DNA of 48,158 nt from Candidatus Hydrogenedentota bacterium. Lineage in GTDB: Bacteria; Hydrogenedentota; Hydrogenedentia; Hydrogenedentales; SLHB01. Location of the stretch: positions 1 to 48,158 of the forward strand of contig JBKHFO010000002.1 in the NCBI GenBank assembly GCA_046540175.1. Direction: 5' to 3'. Under the pieces are notes generated by a model. The model saw nothing but the letters and a program-made list of their open reading frames with translations. It made no database searches and was not told the DNA's origin. The position numbers and the translations under genes are program-made. Below, piece after piece: positions 18,435 to 27,246 of the stretch. Within the stretch, counting starts at the first letter, position 1; every line of letters begins with the position of its first letter.

Positions 18435-19624
18435 GACGGCCTCCTGAGAATCGCCAGCACATGAGACGTTTCGATTGTGAATTCAATATCGGGATTTCCG
18501 TTCTTGCTCATTTCCTCCCGAGCGATCTGGATGCCCAGACCGAAGCGCTGGACGTAACCAAGGGTTTTCAGGGCCTCGGCAAGATGGGGATTGCGATAAT
18601 CAATCATGCCGGGTTGACCGAAATTCTCCCGCGTAACCTGGCCGAAAGGCCCGCCGGGGTTTTGTATCTCGATTCGGTCACTGAACCAGAGGATCCTCAC
18701 CGGGGCGTTTGTGGCTTCATAGGTCCGATGAAGTATGGCGTTGCGCGTGATTTGCTGAAGCGCGGGCATTGGATAATCGGGGCCGCGAACCTCCGTCTTG
18801 GTCTCCGCAAAAGCCGTGAAAACCGTCCTATGGGCTTTAAGAACGTCGTCCAACTCGCTCAAAACATGATCGATTCGTCCCGAGAGAGACTTCTCATCCT
18901 TAATAGGATCGGTCAATTGATCCCCGTCGAAACGCAGAAACTGAACATACGCGCCGGGTATGTAGGTGACGGGATCATATCCAGCCACCAACATACCAAG
19001 CACCGTGGGCTGGTGTTCCGGAGATGGAGTGACAAACCGCAGGGATGCCAGTTTGTCGGGGGAAGTCCTATCATTCGATGCCAATTCGGCTTCTCCCACA
19101 GCCGAAGGCAAATAATCCGTACGGAACCAATCGAGATCCAGATCATCAAGAGTCGCGGTGGTAAGTGGGTGGAGGTCATAGGGAAGGTCCCACGCGCGCC
19201 GCTTCTCGGATAACACTCTCACTTCAGCTTCCGACGCCACCCGGTTTGAGCTTCCAACCCGGACATAAGGGGCGCCCTTGTAGCGTACCGGAGGAGTGGA
19301 TGACGGGTGAACCAGTACTACCGCGAGATCGCAACCGTTGAGTGTCTTGCGTTCCACCGATAAACGCGGCATGGGGAGTATATTCCCATCCGAACGCATA
19401 TCGGCAAGGATCCTGACGAGTTCATCGGTAATTTCTATGCCGGCGCATGTCCCGTCGTCATTTAATCCCACAAATATCGTGCCTGGTTTTCGATGGTCAT
19501 CCAGGTCATTTGCAAATGCACAAATGGCTTTTCGGATGGATTCGCTCTGTTTTTCGGAGGGCTTGCGTTCCGTAAGAGGCGACTCTATATCTGTCATTCT
19601 TCTCAAGAGTTCAGCTTCATCCAT
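18431..19624 (-). CDS. AlbA_2 (Schlafen-like) DNA/RNA-binding domain protein with C-terminal HATPase_c_4-like domain
   Basis: N-terminus LTERKPSEK...IRKAICAFANDLDDHRKPGTIFVGLNDDGTCAGI (AlbA_2 pattern). C-terminus RNAILHRTYEATNAPVRILWFSDRIEIQNPGGPFG...YRNPHLAEALKTLGYVQRFGLGI (HATPase_c_4 pattern). Confidence 0.8.
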   Translation of the reverse strand: MDEAELLRRMTDIESPLTERKPSEKQSESIRKAICAFANDLDDHRKPGTIFVGLNDDGTCAGIEITDELVRILADMRSDGNILPMPRLSVERKTLNGCDLAVVLVHPSSTPPVRYKGAPYVRVGSSNRVASEAEVRVLSEKRRAWDLPYDLHPLTTATLDDLDLDWFRTDYLPSAVGEAELASNDRTSPDKLASLRFVTPSPEHQPTVLGMLVAGYDPVTYIPGAYVQFLRFDGDQLTDPIKDEKSLSGRIDHVLSELDDVLKAHRTVFTAFAETKTEVRGPDYPMPALQQITRNAILHRTYEATNAPVRILWFSDRIEIQNPGGPFGQVTRENFGQPGMIDYRNPHLAEALKTLGYVQRFGLGIQIAREEMSKNGNPDIEFTIETSHVLAILRRPS

Positions 19625-19782
19625 CCAATTAGAATCCCTCGATTCACACTAATGCTGATTCTGTATCGCTGTTGAATATACCACATCGACGTAGGGACCG
19701 TACAAGATTAGCGGACGCGGATTTGTGAAGCGGCGCCCCCGGTGAGAGCGTAAGAACGATTGAGGTTTGTCCCAGACCCGCA

Positions 19783-19826
19783 GCGGAAACCGGAACCAGG
19801 CTCTCCAAACAAGTTCCGGTTCCCGC
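19783..19826 (-). terminator. hairpin downstream of the large esterase gene (terminator-like, no clear U-tract)
   Basis: 14-bp stem GCGGAAACCGGAAC / GTTCCGGTTCCCGC with one mismatch, 26 nt after the stop at 19852. Confidence 0.4.
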
Positions 19827-19851
19827 AGGGGGTGCGTATACCCGCCAGTAT

Positions 19852-21903
19852 TCACTCCAACGTCAGTATATCTCCCACGGCCTCCCGCAATAGAGGCAGA
19901 TCGTACACGTCCAAGGCGCCATGCACCGTGTGGACGAGCATGTCGTCCGCGAGGGGTTGCTCCACAATGCTCACGAAGGACTCGACCTCGCCGTTCAAAC
20001 GCGCCTCGGCGAACAGGTCCTGCTCCAGGGCGGCGGCGTGCAAACCCACCACGGATACGATGGGGCCCTCGGCCACCAAACGAACGGGGGCTTCCGTATC
20101 CAGCAGGTCTCCCGCCATCAACCCCACGCCAATCAGGTCCGCGGTTCGCATGCCCACGTAGGACCGGCCGATGAGGTAAGCCAGCATCACTTCGCGTCCG
20201 TCGGGGCCAAATTGCTCGCGGTAGAAATCCCACGACCCCTGGGTTTCGCCGAGTCCACGAAGGTCCACGGCGAGCACCGCGTGACCTTCGTTTGCGTAAT
20301 CGGTAAGGGCTCCGTCGGCGCCGGCCTCGGATCCAAAGCCGCCGTCATTGAGATAGAGTATCACGTCGTCGAAGCCGTCATCCGGAACCATGGTTACCGC
20401 AGGCAAGACGATGTCTTCCTCGGGCCAGAGAAGGAGCTTGCGCATGGTGTAGCCGTCGCGCTCTTCTTCGCCCAGATCCTCGATTTCGAGTTCCGGCAAG
20501 GCGCCGCGCTCGGGCACGCCAAGCACTTCGCGGACCTCCGCAAGGGCCTGCTCGGCGCCGATGTCGGCCCAGCGCGCCTCCGCCTCCGCCGCTTTTTCGC
20601 GGGCCCATTGCGCGTTGATGTCAAAGACCGAGCGCGCGCCATCCAGCTCCAAAACTTCGCCCTCTGGCGTAGCCAGGATCTCTTCCTCGGTAAGCACTTC
20701 GAGATCCTCGGGTTCTTCCACCGTGGTTTCCTCGTCCTTGAGCCAGCGCAGCATCCACTCCACGGACGCCTCGCGCAGGGGCTGATGCCAGCCATGCGAG
20801 CCCTCGGTCTCCGTCAGAGCCAGGCGGTCCTCATGGCCGAGCGCCTCAAAGGTCCGGCGGGCGCGTTCGACGGAATCGTGGGTTCCCTGATTGTCAAAAA
20901 AGTCGTCCGCGGCGGCGCACACCATCACCGGCCTGGGAGCGCGCATGGTGAGATACTCGGCGTGGTCCATGCCCCAGGCGAGCTGACCGAAGATGTTCTG
21001 CTCCGCGTCTTGCGGACCGATGGTGTTGACAAGGCGCTCGAAACTCGTGATGTAGCAAGAGGGCGCGGCCGCCTTGATGCGGTCATCCAGCGACATGATG
21101 TACGAGGTCTGCGTGCCTCCGCCGCTATTGCCCATCGCGCCCAGCCGGTCGCCGTCGATGTCGGGCCGTTCCTCCAAGTAGTCGAGGGATCGGATCATGT
21201 CGTGGATCATGAATCGCGCCGTGTTATGACCCAGCAAGATGGCTCCCACGCCCAACGCGCTGTGCGCGTGCGTGCCCCAGAAGATGGAATCACCGTCTTC
21301 GTCCAAGAGCTGATGGCGCTCGCCTTGGTCAATGGGATCAAAGACCAGCGCGGCCATGCCATGGAGCGCGGCCAGCGCGGCGCCGCTTTGATAGAGCTCG
21401 CTCCCCTTGCCGGTCTCCGAATGGCCGCACGGCAGCAGAATGCCCGGATAGGGCGGCTCGAATTGGGGATCGTCTGGCAGAAAGAGGGCGGCGCTGACGT
21501 AAACCCCTGGCATGGATTCGTAAACCACCTTCTCGACAATGAACCCGTCCCGTTCGATGACCTCCGTGACTTCCGCGTTGAGCGGCGTATCCGCGTCGGG
21601 CAAACCGCCGAGGGCCTCAATAAACTTCTCCTGGAGATCGGCCTGCCACGCCTCGATGGCGTCGGCGTCCACGGGTTCGGCGAGGCGCTCGTCTTCCGCT
21701 TCGTGGAGTTCATCCAGATGACGGTCGATTTCGTCGAGCAAATACTCGCGCATCATGGTCTCGCCATCGAGCCGGTCTCCGATCAGATCAAGATCATCGC
21801 CCATCGCGGGCGGCGCAAAGAATAGCCCCGTTACCAGGGCGCACGTGATGGCGCCTGAGACACTCAGTGTGTGGATTAGCTTGGCCCAACTGTGTTCTTG
21901 CAT
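19852..21903 (-). CDS. large secreted alpha/beta hydrolase (acetyl-xylan-esterase-like), paralog of 15953-17152
   Basis: Likely start MQEHSWAKLIHTLSVSGAITCALVTGLFFAPPAMG (signal/anchor) at 21903. Motifs PYPGILLPCGHSETGK, AMGNSGGGTQTSY and AAPSC. The track ORF extends to 22038. Confidence 0.8.
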   Translation of the reverse strand: MQEHSWAKLIHTLSVSGAITCALVTGLFFAPPAMGDDLDLIGDRLDGETMMREYLLDEIDRHLDELHEAEDERLAEPVDADAIEAWQADLQEKFIEALGGLPDADTPLNAEVTEVIERDGFIVEKVVYESMPGVYVSAALFLPDDPQFEPPYPGILLPCGHSETGKGSELYQSGAALAALHGMAALVFDPIDQGERHQLLDEDGDSIFWGTHAHSALGVGAILLGHNTARFMIHDMIRSLDYLEERPDIDGDRLGAMGNSGGGTQTSYIMSLDDRIKAAAPSCYITSFERLVNTIGPQDAEQNIFGQLAWGMDHAEYLTMRAPRPVMVCAAADDFFDNQGTHDSVERARRTFEALGHEDRLALTETEGSHGWHQPLREASVEWMLRWLKDEETTVEEPEDLEVLTEEEILATPEGEVLELDGARSVFDINAQWAREKAAEAEARWADIGAEQALAEVREVLGVPERGALPELEIEDLGEEERDGYTMRKLLLWPEEDIVLPAVTMVPDDGFDDVILYLNDGGFGSEAGADGALTDYANEGHAVLAVDLRGLGETQGSWDFYREQFGPDGREVMLAYLIGRSYVGMRTADLIGVGLMAGDLLDTEAPVRLVAEGPIVSVVGLHAAALEQDLFAEARLNGEVESFVSIVEQPLADDMLVHTVHGALDVYDLPLLREAVGDILTLE

Positions 21904-22099
21904 GACATCTCTCCTCGTTGGTTGCCCTTGTCTTTCCGCCCCGGGCGCGCTGGCAATCGCCCACGTATGCGCCGCCGGCCGGTCTCGAGTACACCCCTCA
22001 TTATTCCGCAACGAGGCGACATAATCCAAACACCTCAATCGCCGGTTGAGGATTCGTGTCCAGAGCCAAATTCGTGAATGCCTCGTAACGCCGGCAGCC

Positions 22100-22159
22100 C
22101 CCCAAACAAAACACCGGTCCCCCCTGCCTTCCCTACGGAATCAGGGCACAGGGGACCGG
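22100..22159 (-). terminator. intrinsic terminator of the aldo/keto reductase gene
   Basis: On the minus strand: CCGGTCCCCTGTGCCC ... GGCAGGGGGGACCGG, followed by TGTTTTGTTTGGGG. Confidence 0.6.
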
Positions 22160-22182
22160 CGAACCGCGATAAGCGGAGAGAG

Positions 22183-23154
22183 CTACACCCGGAACAGCGG
22201 ATTGTAGTCCTGGGCCATGGCTAACATCTCTTCCTCTTCGTCTTCGGTCAAGGGCGTGTAGTCCTTCGCCAACTGCACGGCCAATTCATACAAATCCGGA
22301 TCGCCCGGGGGCATGGCCGAGGTCACGCCCGGTTTGCTGAGGGTCCACCGTAAACCGAGACTGGCCAGTTCTGGTTCGTACAATGGCTCGTACCACAACC
22401 GCGAGAACATCTGACGAATCTCGGAATCGCTTTCGCCCCGCTGGCGCACCATGGGCTTCAAGGCGAAAATGGCCATCTCCTTTTCGCGCGCTTTCTCGAT
22501 CAAGCGGGGACCAAATCCGCCTTGGTACTCGGACACGAAGTTGATCGGAAACATGGCGGAGTCGAAGTCGTACAACTCCATGGCCCGCAGAGCAGCCTCT
22601 TCGGTGTGGGCGGAGAAGCCGAGATACTGGACCTTGCCAGCCTCTTTGGCCTCCAAGAGGACCTCCATGGCCCCGCCAGAGGCGAAGGCCGCTTCCACGT
22701 CGTCTTCAATGTCTTGAAGGTTGTGGAGTTGATACAGATCCAGGTGGTCCGTACGCAGCCGTTCCAGCGACTGCTCGAATTCCTCCCGTGCGCCTGCTTC
22801 GTCCCGAAGGGCGGTCTTCGTGGAGAGAAAGATGTCGTCGCGATAGGGTTCGACCGCTGGTCCCGCCAGTTCCTCGGCATTGCCGTAGCGCGGTGAAACG
22901 TCCACGAAGTTGATGCCTTGCTCGACCGACTCCGCCACGAGCCGGTTGATCCGGTCCTGTTCCACGTTGCGCATACTCATGCCGCCAAAGCCGATGATCG
23001 ACAGCTCGACATCGGTCTTGCCGAAGCGGCGTTTGGGGACCGTATCCGCCGAAGCGGCCGCTGGCCGCATTTCCGCCACGCCGCCCAAGGCTAGGGCGGC
23101 CGAGCCCGCGCCAGCCCATCGCAAAAAGTCCCGCCGATTTCCTTCCATAGCCAT
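22183..23154 (-). CDS. aldo/keto reductase with Tat signal
   Basis: NRRDFLRWAGAGSAALALGG leader; AKR motifs GINFVDVSPRYGNAE and DLYQLHN; 323 aa. Confidence 0.9.
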   Translation of the reverse strand: MAMEGNRRDFLRWAGAGSAALALGGVAEMRPAAASADTVPKRRFGKTDVELSIIGFGGMSMRNVEQDRINRLVAESVEQGINFVDVSPRYGNAEELAGPAVEPYRDDIFLSTKTALRDEAGAREEFEQSLERLRTDHLDLYQLHNLQDIEDDVEAAFASGGAMEVLLEAKEAGKVQYLGFSAHTEEAALRAMELYDFDSAMFPINFVSEYQGGFGPRLIEKAREKEMAIFALKPMVRQRGESDSEIRQMFSRLWYEPLYEPELASLGLRWTLSKPGVTSAMPPGDPDLYELAVQLAKDYTPLTEDEEEEMLAMAQDYNPLFRV

Positions 23155-23661
23155 CCTTTTTCATCTCCTGTGGTTATGTTTTCCGCTACATAGCCCCAAT
23201 AACATATAGTTCCACAAACTCTCACACTGTAACACATTACATTTTTGAGGCCGCGATAATTCCCGGCCGTCTTTGGGAGGCCACGGCCGTCTCCGCCCGG
23301 AAATAGAATCGGGGAGCATGATGCCTGGGCTGCTGCAGGGTTGTAAAGCCGCTTCCCATAACGATATCCTTTCACTTCACGAACTGCGATAGATCGCCCA
23401 TGGTCACCTGGAAACTTTGACTTGAGGGGGGACCCTAGGGCTACGATAAAGGGTTACATGGCGAAAGGCGGAATTGATGGTGTATGCTAAGGAAGACCTC
23501 TTGACCCTGGGCTCGGGAGGGGCGCCGTCATGAGTTCATTATTTCGCCCCGGACGTGTGCGGCCGGGCATCGCGCGTCTCGCCAGGAACGATTGCGCCTA
23601 ACAAACACAAGAGCTGGGAGGAGAAGGCCAGAGCCCAGTTTCATATGGGGAAAAACGATTT

Positions 23662-26600
23662 ATGCTGGAAGTGTACTTAGACGAAACGCAGGAACCCTAT
23701 TTTCCTTTCGGATTTCATCTTTCCAGGGAGGCTTGGGAGACCTACGGCATCAAGGAACTCCTGCAAAGAATGCGGGAGACGGGCAACCGGAACATGAGCG
23801 GCGCCGTGCGTCAAGTGGCGAGCGCGTTCAATACGCGGCGGGTGGAAAAGGATCCCTTGGCGCAGCCCATCCGTGGCGGTTCGCTTATGGCGGCGGGGCT
23901 CCTCACCGAAGTCTTATACTATGTGGCGCACCACTATTGCACGCAACAGTGCCGGGGGGTGATGGAGCGGGCGCTAATGCAGGTCCGGGACGCGAAGGGC
24001 TTTTCATCTGTAGACCGGCCGATACGCGGCTTCGTCGAGCTATTTCCGCCCACCCCTATCATGATGGGCGAAGTGACCCCGGAACGTTATCTTGAAAAGT
24101 GGACGGCGGGGATGCCCAACGACTGCCGGACCACGGTGGAAATGGCGCTCCTTCATCTAGCGCTTAACAATCCCGCGATGAAGCCTTTCCACGATTTGTT
24201 TGATGACACGGAGCTTCGCCGCCGAACCAACTACCAAGAGCTGGTGGGGCAGCTCGACGAGTATTTCGAAACCCAGGAACCCGTCGCCCCCTTTGAGCAT
24301 CGGCTGTTCTCTTTGTGGCGGCTGCCCAGTGAAACAGCTCCGGAATCGCTTGAGGATCAACTTCAATACATCGCAGACCATTGGAGCGAGGTGTTACCTC
24401 CAACGTTGTTACAGCGGCTTTTGGTGACGCGCGACATCATCCGCGAGGAAACCCTTATGCGCGGGATGGGCCGCGGAGAGAACCAGGCGCCCCGGTTTGG
24501 CCGCGGTAAAACAGAAGGGCTGGATGAGACCTATCCCGAGCCGGAGCGATTCACGCAGGACGCCGACTGGATGGCGAACGTGGTGCTGTTGGCCAAATCG
24601 GTCTACGTATGGCTGGACCAACTCTCCAGAAGGTATCAGCGGACCATCGCGCGGCTTGATCAGATCCCGGATGAAGAACTGGATCTCCTCGCGCGATGGG
24701 GCATTACCGGCGTGTGGCTCATCGGCGTATGGGAGCGGTCCCAAGCCTCGGCCGAGATCAAGCGGCAGATGGGCAACCCCGAGGCCATGGCCAGCGCCTA
24801 CTCCCTGCACGATTATGTTGTGGCGGAGGACCTGGGCGGAGAGGCGGCTTGTGACAACCTGCGTGAACGGGCGTGGCGCCGGGGCATCCGCTTGGCCAGC
24901 GACATGGTGCCGAACCATGTGGGCCTGTATTCCCGCTGGGTCATAGAGCATCCCGATTGGTTCGTCCAAAGCTCCCACCCGCCCTTTCCTGGCTACAGTT
25001 TTACTGGCCCCAACCTGTCGCCGGACGGTCGCGTGAGCCTGTTCATTGAGGACGGGTACTGGAACCATAGCGAGGCGGCGGTGGTGTTCAAGCGGGTGGA
25101 TAATCACACCGGGGATGTCCGCTACATTTATCATGGCAACGACGGCACCAGCATGCCTTGGAACGACACGGCCCAGCTCAATTTCCTCCTCCCCGAAGTG
25201 CGCGAGGCGGTCATCCAGACCATTCTCCATGTCGCCCGCCAATTCTCCATCATTCGGTTCGACGCGGCCATGACATTGAGCAAGAAGCATTTCCAGCGCC
25301 TCTGGTATCCCAAGCCGGGCGAGGGCGGCGCCATCCCCTCCCGGGCCGAGCATGGCATGAGCCGGCAAGAGTTCGACCAGCACATGCCGGAGGAGTTCTG
25401 GCGCATGGTGGTCGACCGGGTGCAGGAAGAACAACCGGAGACCCTGTTGTTGGCGGAGGCGTTCTGGCTGATGGAGGGCTATTTCGTCCGGACCCTCGGC
25501 ATGCACCGGGTTTACAACAGCGCCTTCATGAACATGCTCAAGATGGAGGAGAACTCAAAGTACCGCGACACAATGAAGAACATGCTCGAGTTCAGTCCCC
25601 AAATCCTCAAACGCCTCGTGAACTTCATGAACAATCCCGACGAACTCACCGCCGTCGAGCAATTCGGCAAGGGGGACAAGTATTTTGGCGTGTGCGCGAT
25701 GATGGTGACCATGCCCGGCCTGCCCATGATCGGCCATGGCCAGATCGAGGGGTTCACCGAGAAGTACGGCATGGAGTACCGGCGGGCTTATTGGGACGAG
25801 CGCCCCGACGAAGGCCTCATCCAACGCCACGAGCAAGAGATCTTTCCGCTGATGCGCCGGCGTTATCTGTTCAGCCACGCCGATCACTTCGCGCTTTACG
25901 ATTTCTATACGCCGGACGGGCATGTGGACGAGAACGTCTTCGCCTATAGCAATCGGGCTGGAAATGAACGGGCCGTGGTCATCTACAACAATGCCTACAA
26001 TACCACCAGCGGGTGGGTACGGACTTCCACGCGGATTAACAAGGGATCCACGGATTCGCCGGAGTATTACACCACGACGCTGGGGGAAGTCCTTGGCATG
26101 CGGACCGAAGAGCCCTACTACTACATGTTCCGCGACCACAGAACGGGGCTTGAGTACATCCGGCATGGGGTTCAACTCATGGAACAAGGGCTCTTTGTCA
26201 GTCTTCAGGGCTATCAGTACCACGCCTTTCTCGACTTTTGCGAAGTGTACGACCACGACGGGACGTGGGGCCAACTCACCGCCCACCTCGCGGGGGCGGG
26301 CGTCCAAAGCGTGGACAACGCCCGGAAAGAGTTGCTGCTCGCGCCCGTTCTCGAACCCATGCGGAAGGCCCTCGGCAGCTATGTGTTGACAGAAACCGCC
26401 AAGGCCGCCCAAGGCCTGACCACCCTCGCAAGCCTGGAGCATCGCCTGCTCGCCCCGCTGGCCGATGCGCTACAGGACGTATGCCGCGAAGTGGGCCGGC
26501 GGGACAACCGCGAGATCGATGGCCAGGCGTTGGTGGCGGCGGTTCGCGCCGACCTGAACACCATGCTAACGCTGGAAGAACGCATCCAGACCTTGAATGA

Positions 26601-27222
26601 CTCAAGCGAGGCGCACGCCTTTCTCCGCAAGCAGATTGAAGAAGCCCGCCAGACCCCCGACACGTGGCGGATACTCACGGCCTGGATTGTACTCGGCAAT
26701 TTGGGCAAGGCGCTTTATGCTGGCGAGGAAGACGGGGCGGCCCCCCCGGGTTGGCTCGAGAACTGGCGCTTCACCACGGTGGTGCGAGAGAAAATGATTG
26801 AGGCCTCGGGAGACGAACAGCGGGGCATCGACAACAGCCTCGCCGCCCAACTGCTAGTGGAACATGACGATGCCATGAGGGCGGCATTGGCCAAGCCGCC
26901 GCGACGGGCCAAGGCCCTGTCTGATTTGTTCAATGCTTCGGCCGCCCAACAGTTTTGCCGAATTCACGAGCACGAAGGCGTCGTGTGGCTGAACAAAGAA
27001 CAAACGGACAAACTCATGCACTGGTTCTTCGTCGCGGAGACGATTGACACGTTGACGAGGCAAACCGGGACGGAAGAGGTTTCCACGCTTTATGCGGGCA
27101 TGAAAGACGTCTTGCGAAAGGTCGAGCAAGCCAACTTCCAGGTGAAAACATTACTAGAGCTTATGGAAGAGCCCGAAACCACCAGCGCTAGCTCGGAACC
27201 CGTAAAGGGCGAAACCCAATAA
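23662..27222 (+). CDS. giant GH13 (alpha-amylase family) protein with long N- and C-terminal extensions
   Basis: GH13 conserved regions: I DMVPNHVG, II FSIIRFDAAMTL, III LLLAEAFW, IV NFMNNPDE. 1186 aa, of which roughly 250 N-terminal and 400 C-terminal residues carry no motif I recognise. Confidence 0.8.
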   Translation: MLEVYLDETQEPYFPFGFHLSREAWETYGIKELLQRMRETGNRNMSGAVRQVASAFNTRRVEKDPLAQPIRGGSLMAAGLLTEVLYYVAHHYCTQQCRGVMERALMQVRDAKGFSSVDRPIRGFVELFPPTPIMMGEVTPERYLEKWTAGMPNDCRTTVEMALLHLALNNPAMKPFHDLFDDTELRRRTNYQELVGQLDEYFETQEPVAPFEHRLFSLWRLPSETAPESLEDQLQYIADHWSEVLPPTLLQRLLVTRDIIREETLMRGMGRGENQAPRFGRGKTEGLDETYPEPERFTQDADWMANVVLLAKSVYVWLDQLSRRYQRTIARLDQIPDEELDLLARWGITGVWLIGVWERSQASAEIKRQMGNPEAMASAYSLHDYVVAEDLGGEAACDNLRERAWRRGIRLASDMVPNHVGLYSRWVIEHPDWFVQSSHPPFPGYSFTGPNLSPDGRVSLFIEDGYWNHSEAAVVFKRVDNHTGDVRYIYHGNDGTSMPWNDTAQLNFLLPEVREAVIQTILHVARQFSIIRFDAAMTLSKKHFQRLWYPKPGEGGAIPSRAEHGMSRQEFDQHMPEEFWRMVVDRVQEEQPETLLLAEAFWLMEGYFVRTLGMHRVYNSAFMNMLKMEENSKYRDTMKNMLEFSPQILKRLVNFMNNPDELTAVEQFGKGDKYFGVCAMMVTMPGLPMIGHGQIEGFTEKYGMEYRRAYWDERPDEGLIQRHEQEIFPLMRRRYLFSHADHFALYDFYTPDGHVDENVFAYSNRAGNERAVVIYNNAYNTTSGWVRTSTRINKGSTDSPEYYTTTLGEVLGMRTEEPYYYMFRDHRTGLEYIRHGVQLMEQGLFVSLQGYQYHAFLDFCEVYDHDGTWGQLTAHLAGAGVQSVDNARKELLLAPVLEPMRKALGSYVLTETAKAAQGLTTLASLEHRLLAPLADALQDVCREVGRRDNREIDGQALVAAVRADLNTMLTLEERIQTLNDSSEAHAFLRKQIEEARQTPDTWRILTAWIVLGNLGKALYAGEEDGAAPPGWLENWRFTTVVREKMIEASGDEQRGIDNSLAAQLLVEHDDAMRAALAKPPRRAKALSDLFNASAAQQFCRIHEHEGVVWLNKEQTDKLMHWFFVAETIDTLTRQTGTEEVSTLYAGMKDVLRKVEQANFQVKTLLELMEEPETTSASSEPVKGETQ

Positions 27223-27246
27223 CCGCGCGTCGCCCGCTCTCACGCG

